This document shows, piece after piece, positions 1 through 9,884 of a stretch of 48,914 nucleotides of DNA. The translations under genes were made by a program, and so were the position numbers. Below the pieces are notes generated by a model that was not told the DNA's origin, searched no databases, and worked only from the letters and a program-made list of their open reading frames with translations. This DNA comes from a phage, in the sequence record PZ445533.1; one strand, given 5' to 3'. Numbering within the stretch: the first letter of the stretch is position 1; the number at the start of each line of letters is the position of its first letter.

Positions 1-1569
1 ATGATCATATGGGAAGATTTGACGGCGGCGCAAAAGCGAGCCATTAAAGAAATCAGTGAGCATTCATTCGAAAAGATGATCAGAATCTGGTTTCAGTTAT
101 TGCAGGGGCAAAAATTCCAGAGCAACTGGCATTTTAGCTTATTGTGCAGTGAGGTAGAGAAGATCATCAATGGAGAGTCGCAGAATGTGATTTTCAACAT
201 TACGCCAGGTAGCGGTAAGACTGAGATTTTCTCGATCCACATGTCACCCTACGCGTCATTGAAAAGTCGGAAGGTGAGAAACCTTAACCTTTCGTTTAGT
301 GATGGACTTGTCCAGCAAAACAGCAACAGGATAAAGGAGATTATCGGTTCTCCTGAGTGGCAAGAGCTATGGCCAGGAAAACTGGCAAAGGCGAGCGCAA
401 AAGATCTCATAGTTACGGATGGCGGCAAGGTTAAATTGCAAGTTAACTCACGTTCTATTGGCGGACAGGTAACAGGTTTGCGTGGCGGCTATATGGACGA
501 TGGTTTTACTGGTATGCTGGTTCTGGACGATCCAGACAAGCCGGATGATATGCTTTCTAAGGTCAAGCGTGAGGCGATCCACATGCGGTTAAAAAACACA
601 GTGCGATCGCGTCGAATGAAAGACACTACGCCGATTGTTATGGTGCAACAGCGACTACACGTTAATGATTCCACCTGGTTTATGCTTAATGGCGGGATGG
701 GTGGTATTGAGTTTAAAGTTGTGAGTATTCCGGCGCTGGTTACGAAAGAATACCGCGAAACGCTTCCTGATTGGTTGAAGCCTGAATTTGATCGTGATGT
801 GTTGTCAAGTAAGCCAGTGATGATAGATGGCGTTGCTCATTATTCATTTTGGCCTGCGAAGGAAAGCGCGGAGGAATTGCTTGCATTGCGCAATGCAGAT
901 CCTTATACGTTCGCCAGTCAGTACCAACAGCAACCCATCGCGCTTGGCGGCAACGTGTTTAAAACAGAGTGGTTCCAGTATTACGGCAGCGGCGAAAAAT
1001 GCGCACTTCCTAAACCGGATCGCTTTGAATACACATTTATTACTGGTGATACCGCGCAGAAGGCCGGAGAGCTTAACGACTATTCAGTTTTTTGTTATTG
1101 GGGGATGTATAAGAATCGCGTTTACTTCATTGATGGCATTCGCGGAAAGTGGGAAGCGCCGGATCTTGAATTAAATTTTATTGCCTTCGTTAATCAGTGC
1201 TGGAAGCGCAATAAGGAGTGTGGCAGCTTGCGACGTATCCACATTGAGGATAAGGCCAGCGGCACGGGTTTGATTCAGGGGGCCAAAAAGAAGATCCCGA
1301 TTGATATAAATCCCGTTCAGCGAAGCAATGACAAGGTAACGCGAGCAATGGACGCCGCGCCAGTAATGAGGGCCGGACGTGTGGCACTGCCAGAAAGTCA
1401 TCCCATGTTACCTGAGATACTGGCAGAGGTTGCAGCGTTCACTTTTGACGATTCTCATCCCCATGATGATATTGTCGATAATATAGTTGATGCTGTTAAC
1501 GTCGAAATGAACTTGGCTGATGATCCGGTAGCAAGGATGAAAAAGCTGGCTGGTCTACGCAATAAATAG
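1..1569 (+). CDS. terL: Terminase large subunit (ATPase + nuclease); start may lie at or just before position 1
   Basis: 522 aa; Walker A NITPGSGKT, Walker B MLVLDDPD, acidic nuclease-domain residues; followed by portal; stop TAG embedded in the 21-bp motif. Confidence 0.85.
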   Translation: MIIWEDLTAAQKRAIKEISEHSFEKMIRIWFQLLQGQKFQSNWHFSLLCSEVEKIINGESQNVIFNITPGSGKTEIFSIHMSPYASLKSRKVRNLNLSFSDGLVQQNSNRIKEIIGSPEWQELWPGKLAKASAKDLIVTDGGKVKLQVNSRSIGGQVTGLRGGYMDDGFTGMLVLDDPDKPDDMLSKVKREAIHMRLKNTVRSRRMKDTTPIVMVQQRLHVNDSTWFMLNGGMGGIEFKVVSIPALVTKEYRETLPDWLKPEFDRDVLSSKPVMIDGVAHYSFWPAKESAEELLALRNADPYTFASQYQQQPIALGGNVFKTEWFQYYGSGEKCALPKPDRFEYTFITGDTAQKAGELNDYSVFCYWGMYKNRVYFIDGIRGKWEAPDLELNFIAFVNQCWKRNKECGSLRRIHIEDKASGTGLIQGAKKKIPIDINPVQRSNDKVTRAMDAAPVMRAGRVALPESHPMLPEILAEVAAFTFDDSHPHDDIVDNIVDAVNVEMNLADDPVARMKKLAGLRNK

Positions 1570-1596
1570 CACTAATTGCTAAAAAGTTATATAATC
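1564..1596 (+). repeat. Variant 21-bp box (AAATAGCACTAATTGCTAAAAAG) containing terL stop, followed by TATAAT and terminator
   Basis: Read directly; same variant as at 44639. Confidence 0.45.
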
Positions 1597-1598
1597 AA

Positions 1599-1622
1599 GG
1601 CTGGATTTTTCCAGCCTTTTTT
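1599..1622 (+). terminator. Rho-independent terminator after terL
   Basis: Hairpin GGCTGGA/TCCAGCC plus T-run. Confidence 0.6.
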
Positions 1623-1639
1623 ATTATGGAGATTTGACG

Positions 1640-2932
1640 ATGAGCGAAAAAACAAGGCTAGTTAAGGCCGATGGATACAACGAGATTTTCAAGGGTAGTA
1701 AGGGCAATGGGCGTGTAGAGTTGCCTTTCTTTATGCAGGGGTTCGAATACACCACGCACGCTGATTTTTACATTCGTGACGGCCTAGCAAAACGAATCAT
1801 CGACGTTGTTCCAGAAGAAATGGTGACGCCTGGATTTAATATTGATGGCGTGGAAGATGAGGAGAGTTTTAGATCTTTGTGGGATGAGAAGCGACTAAAC
1901 GATAAAATCATTGATGCGCTTTGCTGGTCGCGTCTTTTTGGTGGCGCTGCAATCGTGGCAATCGTTCAGGATGGCAGGTCGTTAAAGTCACCTGTAGCGC
2001 CTGGTGCAATCCTTGAAGATGTTCGCGTTTACGATCGCTTTCAGGTTAGGGTAGAAAAGCGCGAAACTAATCCACGCAAGGTAAGATATGGTGAGCCATT
2101 AATTTACACCATTTCACCTGGTGTCGACTTGCCAGAATACCAGGTTCACTATTCGCGAGTCTGTATTATCGACGGTGAGCGACTACCAAATCAGCGGCGT
2201 CAATCAAATGATGGGTGGGGTGAGTCGATCCTGAATAAGGGACTTGTTGAGGCTATTTGTGATTATAACTACTGCGAAAACTTAGCAACTCAATTGTTGC
2301 GACGTAAGCAACAGGCGGTATGGAAAGTTAAAGGTCTTGCTGATCTTTGTGATGATGATGATGGTGTTAGTGCCGCACGTTTGCGACTTGCTCAAGTTGA
2401 TGATGAGGGTGGCGTAGGCCGTGCGATCGGCATTGATGCGGAAGATGAGGAATATGATGTTTTAAATTCTGATATTTCTGCCGTCGATTCGTTCTTGGAA
2501 AAGAAGATGGATCGCATTGTATCTCTTTCCGGCATCCATGAAATCATCCTCAAAAACAAGAACGTTGGCGGTGTTAGCGCGAGCCAAAACACGGCGCTTG
2601 AAACCTTCTACAAGCTGATCGACCGAAAGCGAAAGGAAGAATACAAACCAATCCTTGAATTTCTGATCCCGTTCCTTATTCAAGAGGAAGAATGGAGCAT
2701 TCAGTTTGCGCCGTTAAGCGTTCCAAGCGAAAAGGACCAGGCCGAAATCTTGAACAAGAACATTGATTCTTTGAGTAAGGCTATTGACGGTCAATTCATG
2801 GATGCAGAAGAGGCGCGCGACACATTGCGAGCCATTGCGCCTAACGTTAAACTAAAAGACGGCAATGACATTAAATTACCTGAGCAAGACGTAGAGCCGG
2901 AGCCAGGAACAACAGAGGGTAGCAATCAATGA
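1640..2932 (+). CDS. Portal protein
   Basis: 430 aa ORF directly after terL, GGAG RBS 9 nt upstream of ATG 1640; position and size typical of portal; stop overlaps next start (ATGA). Confidence 0.6.
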   Translation: MSEKTRLVKADGYNEIFKGSKGNGRVELPFFMQGFEYTTHADFYIRDGLAKRIIDVVPEEMVTPGFNIDGVEDEESFRSLWDEKRLNDKIIDALCWSRLFGGAAIVAIVQDGRSLKSPVAPGAILEDVRVYDRFQVRVEKRETNPRKVRYGEPLIYTISPGVDLPEYQVHYSRVCIIDGERLPNQRRQSNDGWGESILNKGLVEAICDYNYCENLATQLLRRKQQAVWKVKGLADLCDDDDGVSAARLRLAQVDDEGGVGRAIGIDAEDEEYDVLNSDISAVDSFLEKKMDRIVSLSGIHEIILKNKNVGGVSASQNTALETFYKLIDRKRKEEYKPILEFLIPFLIQEEEWSIQFAPLSVPSEKDQAEILNKNIDSLSKAIDGQFMDAEEARDTLRAIAPNVKLKDGNDIKLPEQDVEPEPGTTEGSNQ

Positions 2933-3684
2933 TAGTGAAAGGCGTCGTTAAACAATGGCGCTTTCCTGAAGCAAGCGAGCGGCAATTGCGCCGCTCAATT
3001 CAGGAGGCGATAAGGGATCTTGTTGTGCTGATGCGCAGCAAAACAAAGGAAATGAAATTTGACGCGGACACCGAAGAAATCAACGCCGCAGAGGATGAGA
3101 TTAGTAGCTTCGCGTTAAAGCTAATAGCTGGCATCGCCGCATCACTTCCGGCTATCGGTCTTGCTGTTTATAAATTCAACGCGAAGCAATTTATTAACGT
3201 AGCCAAATCAACGGGAGGCAAGTCAAATTCAGCCGTTATCATCCTTATGGCTATTGGGGCCAATGCGAATGAGAGTTGGTATAGGACGCTATACGGTCAA
3301 TGGCATGACATGACGATCGCATCTCTTCAAAAGCTATTTGGAAACATCGTGTCTGACTGGTCAACCAATATTAGATTGGCAAACTTTCGCGGAATGAGAG
3401 ATAGCCAGGTTAATGAATTGGCTGGTAAGAGGTTCGCAGTGTATAGCTCTTGGGGTAAGACAAGGGCGGAAAACATCATAGGCGCTTGGAATAGTAGACT
3501 CATGCGCCAGCGTCTTTATGATTCAAAAGTAACTCATTATTTTTGGCATGGTATGCTTGATGACAGAGAGCGATTGCAGCATGTACAATGGGAAGGTAAG
3601 CGCATTGCGCTAGATTCTGAACATGATTTTCCTGGTGAGCCTTTCGGTTGTCGTTGTTGGGCCATACCAGATTGGAACAGTTAA
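2929..3684 (+). CDS. Head morphogenesis / minor head protein (SPP1 gp7 / Mu F-like position)
   Basis: 251 aa ORF translationally coupled to portal; synteny. Confidence 0.5.
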   Translation: MIVKGVVKQWRFPEASERQLRRSIQEAIRDLVVLMRSKTKEMKFDADTEEINAAEDEISSFALKLIAGIAASLPAIGLAVYKFNAKQFINVAKSTGGKSNSAVIILMAIGANANESWYRTLYGQWHDMTIASLQKLFGNIVSDWSTNIRLANFRGMRDSQVNELAGKRFAVYSSWGKTRAENIIGAWNSRLMRQRLYDSKVTHYFWHGMLDDRERLQHVQWEGKRIALDSEHDFPGEPFGCRCWAIPDWNS

Positions 3685-3694
3685 GAGGTATTAA

Positions 3695-4810
3695 ATGAAG
3701 GCAAAACAAAGATTTGATAGCGCCAAAGTAAAGGCGCACTTTGATGATAACGGGTTTTTAGTTGATCGCCCTATCGTGGCGCGAATTGGTTTACAAGTCT
3801 ATCAGACTCCTTTCGGTGAGCGCCGAGAATTTCGCCCTGCGTCAGAAGTATTCAAGGCCGACTCGCTCGCCACCTTTGCAGGGAAGCCGGTCACGGTTGG
3901 TCACGTCACGGTAACGCCAGAAAACGCCGAAAAGGTTGTAGTTGGTTCTTGTGCTGGCGCTGGTGTGCCGAACGGGATCGGCGTAGAGGTTCCGTTAAGC
4001 ATTTACTCAAAACGAGCAATCGAAAGCGCAAAGAAGCGAGACACGGCGGAAATTTCAGTTGGTTATACATCGGTTGATATTGATAAACCAGGCTGGGGCA
4101 ATAATAAAACTGGTGAGTACGTTTTCGATGAGGACGTTAGCGAAGACTGGAAACCTGATTCTCCTGATTGGGTTAAGTTTGATGCAATCCAGACTGAAAT
4201 CAAGGTAAACCACATCGCGTTAGTTTTCCGAGGTCGAGCTGGCATTGCAAAATTAAACCTTGATAGCCAGCAAGATTTTCCGTATAGTGACGACGTTATT
4301 AACAACAAAGAGGATCAAATCATGACTGTAAAAATTAAACTGGATGGCGCTGTAGAGTTTGACGTGCCGAAAGCGGTTGCGGATCACATTGAATCACTGA
4401 AAGCTGATACCAAAGCGCAGAAAGAAAAGGCTGACAGCCTGGAAGCTGAGCGAGACGCACTGCAAACCAAAGTAGATGGCATTCAGGATCAGATTGATGC
4501 CGCAGTCAAGAAGGCCAAAGAAGATGCCGAGCAATATGCTCAATTAGTGGCGGACGCTAAAGAGTTAGGCATCAAGTGCGACGGCCTGGATGCGAAAGCA
4601 ATCAAGGTTGCATACATCAAGGAAGTTATGGGCAATGACGTTTCTGATAAAACTGATGCCTATATCGAAACAGCTTTCGACATCGCCAAAAACTCTGATA
4701 AAATGGCGGCGCAGCGTAAGAGCATTAAAGGTGACTCTTTCGCGAATGAAAAGCAGGATGACGCAGGTTCTAAGCTGAATCCTAACGCTCGTTTTGAGAA
4801 ACTGAAATAA
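3695..4810 (+). CDS. Prohead protease / scaffold fusion (putative)
   Basis: 371 aa; N-terminal GKPVTVGHV and S-x-GY motifs resembling HK97-type prohead protease, C-terminal charged coiled-coil typical of scaffold; AAGAGG RBS. Confidence 0.45.
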   Translation: MKAKQRFDSAKVKAHFDDNGFLVDRPIVARIGLQVYQTPFGERREFRPASEVFKADSLATFAGKPVTVGHVTVTPENAEKVVVGSCAGAGVPNGIGVEVPLSIYSKRAIESAKKRDTAEISVGYTSVDIDKPGWGNNKTGEYVFDEDVSEDWKPDSPDWVKFDAIQTEIKVNHIALVFRGRAGIAKLNLDSQQDFPYSDDVINNKEDQIMTVKIKLDGAVEFDVPKAVADHIESLKADTKAQKEKADSLEAERDALQTKVDGIQDQIDAAVKKAKEDAEQYAQLVADAKELGIKCDGLDAKAIKVAYIKEVMGNDVSDKTDAYIETAFDIAKNSDKMAAQRKSIKGDSFANEKQDDAGSKLNPNARFEKLK

Positions 4811-4822
4811 GGAGTAATTAAA

Positions 4823-5332
4823 ATGGCTAAAATTGGAGCAAGTTATTTTGACACTATGGCGCGTGCGCTTCCTGGTCAGGTATCCGATACTTCGGCGTAT
4901 AACATCGACGGCGCTTGTGTTCTTGACAAGGAAGACGGCATCCCAATCCTGGTTGGCGTGGCTGTTAAGCTAAAAGGAGTTGACTCAATGGGTAATAAGC
5001 TGATCGACGCTATTTCTGGTAGTGGTGATGTTCCTTATGGCGTTGGCATCCGTTCGCACTTTCAAACTACGGCTGATAATGGACGAATGGTTTATGAGGC
5101 TGGCGGCGGAATCAACGTTATGACAGAGGGCCGCGTTTGGATGGTTGGCGATGATACCGACAAGAGCAAAAAACCATCGTATCGTGAGCCTGTAAAAATT
5201 GATGAAAACACTGGCAAGGTGAAAAGTGCTGGCACTATCAATACCAACTGGATTTACACGGGAGATAAAACCACATTTGGAACTGGCGATGATGTGTTGA
5301 CTTTGTTTGAAGTTCAGGTCTTCCCAAGCTAA
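4823..5332 (+). CDS. Capsid accessory/decoration-like protein (paralog 1)
   Basis: 169 aa; shares YNIDG ... GV(A/G)IRS ... W(I)(Y/F)TGD pattern with the next ORF; RBS AAGGAG. Confidence 0.5.
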   Translation: MAKIGASYFDTMARALPGQVSDTSAYNIDGACVLDKEDGIPILVGVAVKLKGVDSMGNKLIDAISGSGDVPYGVGIRSHFQTTADNGRMVYEAGGGINVMTEGRVWMVGDDTDKSKKPSYREPVKIDENTGKVKSAGTINTNWIYTGDKTTFGTGDDVLTLFEVQVFPS

Positions 5333-5337
5333 AATTA

Positions 5338-5362
5338 AGGCGCTCGCTTGAGCGCCTTTTTT
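5338..5362 (+). terminator. Rho-independent terminator
   Basis: GGCGCTC GCTT GAGCGCC plus TTTTTT. Confidence 0.6.
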
Positions 5363-5382
5363 ATTATGTAAGGAGAAATGAA

Positions 5383-6165
5383 ATGGCTAAAGATTATTCA
5401 TCTGTTATGGGTCTTTCTTGCCCTGGTTGTTTGGTTGATTCTACTCGCTACAATATTGATGGAACTGGCGTTTGCGGATCTGAGTCGATCATTGCTGGAA
5501 AAGTTGTTTTCTTCAAAGAGAGAGTGGAAGGTTATAACATATTTGTTGATCATAAAGAGTATGATGCTGTGGTTGCTGGTGTTGCTATAAGGAGCAATAT
5601 CACGACAACGGTTAACGAGGAAGACGGATACTCTGACTATAAGGAAGGAGATTCTATCAATATTTTAACAAGAGGGGTTGTATGGTGCTTAACTCAAACG
5701 ATTGAGTCTGCGCCTGAACATGGCGATCTTGTTTATGTTAACAATGATGGTTTTGTAGCAAAAAGTGATGGCGATGAAATCGTCGATGGCTGGATTTTTA
5801 CTGGTGACTTCTACAAGTTTGATGAAACAATGAACATAGTCGGAGTCAGAATAACGCCGCTTCATCATAGAAAATACCTTCTCACTGGTGCGATCATTGA
5901 GGCCGAAAATGGCTACATAGAGGGAACAGAGACGATTAATAACGTTCAATTAAAGGTAACGGTTGTTCCTACTTGGGCTGATGACAAAACGGGTCAGTGG
6001 ACAATTACAAACGAGCAAGATCCAAAGGTTGCCAGCGTTAGCCGTACAGGTCTTGTTGTTCCTACTGGTGTAGGAGGCAGAGTTAACGTCAACTGGACTG
6101 CTAATGATGGTTCTGGAGTTGCTGACCAGTTTGATATTGTATTTACGAAAACCGCTGGCGAATAA
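5383..6165 (+). CDS. Capsid accessory protein (paralog 2) with C-terminal Ig-like domain
   Basis: 260 aa; N-terminal region paralogous to 4823-5332; C-terminal beta-rich Ig-like segment (VTVVPTW...VNVNWTANDGSG). Confidence 0.5.
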   Translation: MAKDYSSVMGLSCPGCLVDSTRYNIDGTGVCGSESIIAGKVVFFKERVEGYNIFVDHKEYDAVVAGVAIRSNITTTVNEEDGYSDYKEGDSINILTRGVVWCLTQTIESAPEHGDLVYVNNDGFVAKSDGDEIVDGWIFTGDFYKFDETMNIVGVRITPLHHRKYLLTGAIIEAENGYIEGTETINNVQLKVTVVPTWADDKTGQWTITNEQDPKVASVSRTGLVVPTGVGGRVNVNWTANDGSGVADQFDIVFTKTAGE

Positions 6166-6190
6166 CTAATAGCATAAAAAAACATTGCAC

Positions 6191-6208
6191 GTTTAACAAA
6201 AAGTGCTA
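6191..6208 (-). repeat. Isolated copy of 21-bp box (minus orientation) inside structural module
   Basis: TTTAACAAAAAGTGCTAT on + strand; no hairpin/CATCGAAACG tract; TATTAG 22 nt downstream in minus orientation. Confidence 0.5.
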
Positions 6209-6213
6209 TCATC

Positions 6214-6241
6214 TAGGCCGTTACATTTAACGGCCTTTTTT
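6214..6241 (+). terminator. Rho-independent terminator upstream of capsid gene
   Basis: AGGCCGTTA ... TAACGGCCT plus TTTTTT. Confidence 0.6.
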
Positions 6242-6255
6242 ATGGAGGAAGCAAA

Positions 6256-7227
6256 ATGGCTAAAAAATACGATGAATTAGATGCTACCATTGTAGCAAAT
6301 CATTTACAGGTTCAGGGCGTTAAGGGTGATGCTTCTGATATGGGTATTTGGACCGCTCAAGAGCTACACAAGATCCGTTCAACGGCATACGAGAAAGAGT
6401 ATCCGGCAGGTTCCGCACTTCGCGTATTCCCTGTAACAAACGAGCTTTCTGATACTGATAAGACTTTTGAGTATCAGACTTTTGATAAGGTTGGCTACGC
6501 GAAAATTATCGCCGACTACACCGACGATCTGCCGACCGTGGACGCGCTGATGACTTCTGAATTTGGCAAGGTGTTCCGCCTGGGTAACGCTTTTCTGATC
6601 TCCATTGATGAGATTAAAGCAGGTCAGCGAACTGGCAAGAGCCTGTCAACTCGCAAGGCTAACGCTGCGCAAAATGCGCATGATCAGTTGATTAACTTCC
6701 TGGTGTTCAAAGGTTCCAAGCCTCATAAGATCGTTTCCGTTTTCGATCACCCTAACCTTACGAAAATTGTTTCTAAAGGATGGATGAGCCAGGATGGAAA
6801 CACCAAGTTCCCTGATGTGGCAAGCGATGAACTGGAGGCTGCAATCGAGACTATCGAGAAAGTAACAAAAGGTCAGCACCGCGCGACTAACATCCTGATC
6901 CCGCCGTCCATGCGTAAAGTCTTGACGGTTCGAATGGAAAATACCACTGAAAGTTATCTTGAATACTTCCAGAAGCAAAACGGCGGAATCACTATCGACT
7001 CTATCGCAGAGCTTGAGGATATTGACGGCAAAGGTGCGAAAGGTTGCTTGGTTTACGAAAAAGATCCAATGAACATGAGCATTGAGATTCCAGAAGCGTT
7101 TAACATGCTTCCGGCGCAGCCAAAAGACCTTCATTTCAAGGTTCCTTGCACTTCCAAGTGTACTGGCCTTACGATTTACCGTCCGTTTACGATGGTGCTT
7201 ATTACTGGCTTGAAAAAGTCAGTTTAA
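6256..7227 (+). CDS. Major capsid protein (putative)
   Basis: 323 aa, strong RBS GGAGG, followed by a strong rho-independent terminator; synteny. Confidence 0.6.
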   Translation: MAKKYDELDATIVANHLQVQGVKGDASDMGIWTAQELHKIRSTAYEKEYPAGSALRVFPVTNELSDTDKTFEYQTFDKVGYAKIIADYTDDLPTVDALMTSEFGKVFRLGNAFLISIDEIKAGQRTGKSLSTRKANAAQNAHDQLINFLVFKGSKPHKIVSVFDHPNLTKIVSKGWMSQDGNTKFPDVASDELEAAIETIEKVTKGQHRATNILIPPSMRKVLTVRMENTTESYLEYFQKQNGGITIDSIAELEDIDGKGAKGCLVYEKDPMNMSIEIPEAFNMLPAQPKDLHFKVPCTSKCTGLTIYRPFTMVLITGLKKSV

Positions 7228-7238
7228 TTAGATAACAT

Positions 7239-7268
7239 GGGGAGCCTTAAGGGTTCCCCTTTTTTTTT
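7239..7268 (+). terminator. Rho-independent terminator after major capsid gene
   Basis: GGGGAGCC TTAA GGGTTCCCC plus T9. Confidence 0.7.
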
Positions 7269-7286
7269 ATTTACGGAGTACACAAA

Positions 7287-7553
7287 ATGAGCAAAACTTT
7301 AAAACTTAAAGTAACTGGCGTTTGCATGATTATTATGGACGGTAAGCGTTATCACCCTGGTGATGAGATTGAAATTGAATCTGATCGTATTAATGATTCC
7401 GCAATTGAATACCTGATCGCTCGCGGCGATGTGGAAGTTAAAGACAATTCCGAAATTAACGAGCAAATCAAGGAGAAAGCGGAGAAGAAGCGCAAAAAAG
7501 ATCCTACAGAGGGCAAGAGCCGCAAAGAGCTAGAGGATGGCGGCGAATATTAA
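7287..7553 (+). CDS. Hypothetical protein (lysine-rich C-terminus)
   Basis: 88 aa ORF after capsid terminator; ACGGAG RBS. Confidence 0.45.
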   Translation: MSKTLKLKVTGVCMIIMDGKRYHPGDEIEIESDRINDSAIEYLIARGDVEVKDNSEINEQIKEKAEKKRKKDPTEGKSRKELEDGGEY

Positions 7554-7599
7554 TAATTGGGGCGCTTATGCGCCCCTTGTCATATCTGGAGAAAACAAA

Positions 7600-8019
7600 A
7601 TGGTAGATGAATTTTACACAGACGCTGAAATCGTTCAGCAAATCGTAAATTTGGCCCCACCAATGCAGCAGGTTGATCCCGATTTAATTGTGGCATGGAT
7701 TGAGCTTGCTAAAGAATTTGTTTGCAAAAAACGGTTTAAAAACTCATACCCGAAAGCGGTTGCGCTTTACACTCTTCACCTTATGACCTTAGACGGGGCA
7801 ATGAAACAGGAAGGTGAAAGCGTAGAAAGCTATTCCCGCCGCGTTGCATCGTTCACTCTGACTGGTGAGTTTAGTCAGACGTTTGATCGAATTTCTTCCG
7901 ATACAAGCGGAAAGCAGATCCGACAAACGCCGTGGGGCAAAATGTACGAAGTGTTAAACCGTAAGCACGGTGGCGGCTTTGGACTTGTAACTGGATTGCG
8001 CCGGAGATGTTGCCGATGA
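7600..8019 (+). CDS. Head-tail connector / head completion protein (putative)
   Basis: 139 aa; RBS GGAGAAAACAAA-ATG; position between capsid and tail genes. Confidence 0.45.
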   Translation: MVDEFYTDAEIVQQIVNLAPPMQQVDPDLIVAWIELAKEFVCKKRFKNSYPKAVALYTLHLMTLDGAMKQEGESVESYSRRVASFTLTGEFSQTFDRISSDTSGKQIRQTPWGKMYEVLNRKHGGGFGLVTGLRRRCCR

Positions 8020-8390
8020 ATTACAATGAGATTGCAAGAATGGCTACTGCTGGGATTAACTTTTTCAGCGACGCTAACGGTATGTTTAAGTGCATCACGC
8101 AGCAGGGAGGGGTTGAGATTATCGGCGGAGAGGAAGTTACCAAGCCTGAGATTTCAGTGATGATAAAGGGGCTTGTTAGATCTCCGAGGACTAGAGAGGT
8201 TGACGGTGAAACGATCCGAGTAACCGACAAGTTGGGGGTATTCACCAATGAAACTGAGATCAAAAATGGTTATCAGATTGAAATTGATGGCGATCGTTAT
8301 GTTGTCGTTGAAGCAAGACCAGTCAGACAGACTAACATCACGGCAGCTTATCGTCCGATATTAAGGAGGATTGCAGTGCATGGCGGATAA
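8016..8390 (+). CDS. Head-tail joining protein (putative)
   Basis: ATGA overlap with upstream gene; synteny. Confidence 0.4.
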   Translation: MNYNEIARMATAGINFFSDANGMFKCITQQGGVEIIGGEEVTKPEISVMIKGLVRSPRTREVDGETIRVTDKLGVFTNETEIKNGYQIEIDGDRYVVVEARPVRQTNITAAYRPILRRIAVHGG

Positions 8391-8823
8391 TTATAAGATC
8401 AGGGAATTTCACGGTGATATAAGCAGGTGGATTGATTCAGTAAGCAGCGGCCTTGTTGATTGCGTTGAAATGTTCGCGACAAACGTCCACGAGGATCTTG
8501 TAAAGCGTTCGCCAGTTGATACGGGCCGATATAAAGCTAACTGGCAGGTAACAGCAAACAAGCCGCCGCTATATGCTCTCAATCAATACGATCGCGATGG
8601 TAGTAAAACCATTGCAGAAGGCAAGCGAGCAATATATGCAATCATGCGGGGTGGTGGCGCGGTGCGGTCAATCTATTTTTCAAACATGCTTATTTACGCC
8701 AATGCGCTTGAATACGGGCATTCAAAACAAGCGCCGTCCGGCGTGCTGGGAATCGTGGCGGTAAAGCTGCGATCCTATATGACTAAGGCAATAAAGGATT
8801 CGAGGGCAAAAAATGCACTATGA
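8380..8823 (+). CDS. Neck / tail completion protein (putative)
   Basis: AAGGAGGA RBS 9 nt upstream of ATG 8380; synteny. Confidence 0.4.
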   Translation: MADNYKIREFHGDISRWIDSVSSGLVDCVEMFATNVHEDLVKRSPVDTGRYKANWQVTANKPPLYALNQYDRDGSKTIAEGKRAIYAIMRGGGAVRSIYFSNMLIYANALEYGHSKQAPSGVLGIVAVKLRSYMTKAIKDSRAKNAL

Positions 8824-9214
8824 TTTAATGTTAGCGGCAAGAAAGGCGCTGGCGGAGGAATATGAATCACGATTCAAGATCGCCTATGAAAACGTTGATT
8901 TTGTTCCGCCTGGTGATGGTTCGATGTGGTTAAAATTTGACTACATGGAAGCCGACACAGATCGCATATCTCTTGATAGAAAATGCGTTTCTTATATCGG
9001 ATTGGTTCAGGTTGGAATTGTTATGCCTCCTGGCGGCGGCACTGATAAAGCGCGTTTGCTGGCTAAAGAGATTGCGAGATTTTTCTATGATGGTAGAATG
9101 TTTGAAACTGGCTATATTAGCGAGGGGGCAAACGTCCACGCATTACTAAAAAGTGAAACAGGTTGGTTCTTACCGATACGTTTCAGTGTTAGGCTTGACA
9201 CAAAGGAGGAATAA
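8813..9214 (+). CDS. Tail terminator-like protein (putative)
   Basis: 133 aa ORF overlapping upstream stop; synteny before major tail gene. Confidence 0.4.
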   Translation: MHYDLMLAARKALAEEYESRFKIAYENVDFVPPGDGSMWLKFDYMEADTDRISLDRKCVSYIGLVQVGIVMPPGGGTDKARLLAKEIARFFYDGRMFETGYISEGANVHALLKSETGWFLPIRFSVRLDTKEE

Positions 9215-9216
9215 TC

Positions 9217-9879
9217 ATGCACTTGCCTAATGGTTCTCAAATTTTCATCGGCGTTAATATGGGTGAGCCAATTAGCGCGACTCAAATCAGCAATGCTGAT
9301 AATCCTGTTTTTACAACCGAAAACACTCAAAGCATCAAAAAAGGCGCTTATGTTCTTATTGAAACATCTTCTTGGGGCAAACTTGTTAGTCGAGTGCTTC
9401 GAGTTAAGGAAGTATCAGATAATGCAAGTGTTACTCTTGAGGGTGTTAGCACTAAAGATACAAACGTATTTCCAGAAGGACAGAACACAGCAACTTTCCG
9501 AGAAGTGAAATCTTGGGTAGAGGTTCCTTGCGTACAGGATCTTGCGCAGGACGGCGGCGAGCAACAGTATTACACTTATCAGTGTTTGGCTGATGACCAG
9601 GAGCAGCAGTTGCCGACCTACAAGAGCGCGGTTTATCTTACCTACACTTTCGCTCATGAATATGATAACCCGATTTATCCGATCTTGCGCGAGGCTGAGG
9701 AATCCGGCGACGTAACCGCTTTGCGTATGTACGTGCCGAAAGCTAAAGAGATGCGTTGCTGGGCTGGCGTATTGTCTTTTAATGACATTCCGCAAACAAC
9801 TATGAACGAAATGGAAACTGTTTCCCTTTCTGTATCTCTGAAAGGCCGATTCACGTTCTTACCTTCCGACGTTAAGTAA
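9217..9879 (+). CDS. Major tail protein (putative)
   Basis: 220 aa, AGGAGG RBS, followed by strong terminator and then chaperone G/GT. Confidence 0.55.
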   Translation: MHLPNGSQIFIGVNMGEPISATQISNADNPVFTTENTQSIKKGAYVLIETSSWGKLVSRVLRVKEVSDNASVTLEGVSTKDTNVFPEGQNTATFREVKSWVEVPCVQDLAQDGGEQQYYTYQCLADDQEQQLPTYKSAVYLTYTFAHEYDNPIYPILREAEESGDVTALRMYVPKAKEMRCWAGVLSFNDIPQTTMNEMETVSLSVSLKGRFTFLPSDVK

Positions 9880-9884
9880 AACAA

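Noticed and set aside
5378-5590. 70-aa hydrophobic ORF starting at ATG 5378
   Set aside because: Out-of-frame overlap with the well-supported 5383-6165 gene; composition looks like an alternative-frame artefact.
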